From Klebsormidium nitens (taxonomy: Eukaryota; Plantae; Klebsormidiophyceae), in contig DF237151.1 in the NCBI GenBank assembly GCA_000708835.1, positions 1 to 64,000 of the forward strand: DNA of 64,000 bases, in the 5' to 3' direction. Shown one piece after another: positions 62,901-64,000 of this stretch. Each line of letters begins with the position of its first letter. The stretch's first letter is position 1. The position numbers and the translations under genes were made by a program. The notes under the pieces are model-generated. The model was not told the origin of the DNA. It did no database searches and was given only the letters and a program-made list of their open reading frames with translations.

Positions 62901-64000
62901 CAAGCTCCCGGCTAGGACGTCAATATCGTTTGCCGAGGTCAACATCGACGCAGGGTCCGAGGACAAAGGGGCCAGGAAAGACTTCAAAGCGCGCGAGTAG
63001 TTAACCGCTTGCGCGCTTGCGCCGGCAATTGACCACAGTCCACTTTGCAAGCGGCACAGAATGCATGATTGCACGGCGTTGCCGAAAAGGAGCTCGACCC
63101 GTTTCCTTTGTAGATTCGAGAAGTTTTGGAAGGACTTCTTCTTTGCAAGTAGACAATCTAAGACAACATCGAGACTATAATTATCATATCGAGACTATAA
63201 TTATCATTTGTGAAAATTACTATTGTAACAATCGTAATTAAGCTGCTGAAAGAAGCAGCGGGGCAAACTTGAGGTCTCACCTGGATGCAGAAAGTGAGGA
63301 CCAGGATGTATATAAAGCCGGCGATGGAAGCGGTGAAGACGGCGGTGACGATGCTCACAGGAGCCGTCCAATCGGAGCGCTCCGTCTCCTCCGTTAAGTG
63401 CGTGGCAGCCTGTGATCAGAGGAGTCAAAAACTCTGTCTTCTAGTTTCCGAATTTGCTTTTCGGCGGTGGAAAGTATAGGTTGTGATCAAAGATTAGCAA
63501 TCTCTCGACCAGATCACTGGAAGCGCTTTTATTGCCAGCGTCCGAGCGTCTGAAGTTTCGTTCTGCGATCGGCAAGCCTAGTGAGTCCGACTCCCAGATG
63601 TCTCGGTCTGATGTATAAAGCTCAACCATTCAGAACCGCCCGGCCGAAGTGGTCGATAAATAAAGCTGCATGCTTCAGATGTTAATGTTACAGATGCCAA
63701 ATAACGGGTCGCATGCGCAGAAATGTTGATTACAGAAGCAAAGCTCGACGAATGTGTGACCACGGCCGGGCAACATTTGAGTTTAACACGCCCATTTTAA
63801 GGGGCATGATCGTCCATTCACGTCATTCACACCGGCCACTCACGTCGTAAGCGCAGAGTGTGAACTGGCTCATGAGCATCCCCAGGATGAAGACGTAGAA
63901 CTTGTTGTGGACGCCGGTCCCGGTCGCTGGCTCGTAGTGCGTGAACACGAACTTGGCGGACTGCTTCTCCTCTGCAGATAAGGTGTACATATGGGCGTGA
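59905..64000 (-). CDS. APC-family amino-acid/GABA permease (BAT1-like), 5'-partial
   Basis: Exons (minus) 63971-63844, 63409-63281, 62156-61974, 61318-61053, 60623-60534, 60085-59905, phase-consistent. Motifs: KQSAKFVFTHYE, ILGMLMSQFTLCAYDAATHLTEET, SRIMFAITRDKAIP, FTRGPFHLG, FCLPTFYP, NWTPV, YLGP. Confidence 0.88.
60156..60205 (+). repeat. Perfect 25-bp tandem duplication (intronic)
   Basis: agtctctacggttctggcgttaagc twice. Confidence 0.95.
61440..62670 (-). repeat. Echo arrays on both sides of permease exon 62156-61974
   Basis: Acceptor-plus-start copies at 62250-62312, about 62403-62466 and about 62633-62670. Exon-end-plus-donor copy at about 61828-61915 (GTAAGT donor retained), with fragments near 61740 and 61450. 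Confidence 0.85.
63168..63207 (+). repeat. Perfect 20-bp tandem duplication (intronic)
   Basis: atcgagactataattatcat twice. Confidence 0.95.

Noticed and set aside
1-64000. rRNA, tRNA, or LTR/LINE coding remnants
   Set aside because: No cloverleaf, rRNA signature, or RT/integrase/transposase catalytic motif recognised by eye; highly decayed remnants could be missed.

Overview
Eukaryotic, intron-rich nuclear DNA. The gene content (HD-Zip homeobox, EID1-like F-box, DUF3527, ALDH22, plus an algal NAR1/FNT transporter) points to a streptophyte alga such as Klebsormidium; this is inference, not a database match. I reconstructed exon chains by hand (splice sites and phase checked) for HD-Zip, DUF3527, EID1-like F-box, PRMT7, ALDH22A1, ferredoxin-nitrite reductase, NAR1/FNT and a 5'-partial BAT1-like amino-acid permease. 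There is also a single-exon LYR-motif ORF, a partly resolved SWIM-finger gene and a 1.25-kb PIF/Harbinger-type MITE. The most striking feature is pervasive 'exon echo' arrays: in five genes the introns carry tandem 80-180 bp copies of the adjacent splice junction (acceptor plus exon start, or exon end plus donor), generally decaying with distance from the working exon. Several near copies differ from the working exon mostly at synonymous positions. Other highlights: about 28 copies of the palindrome TGACGTCA (about 1 expected), a likely bicistronic LYR-NAR1 unit head-to-head with nitrite reductase, and an inferred GC-AG intron. No rRNA, tRNA or CRISPR array was seen. All counts are manual.
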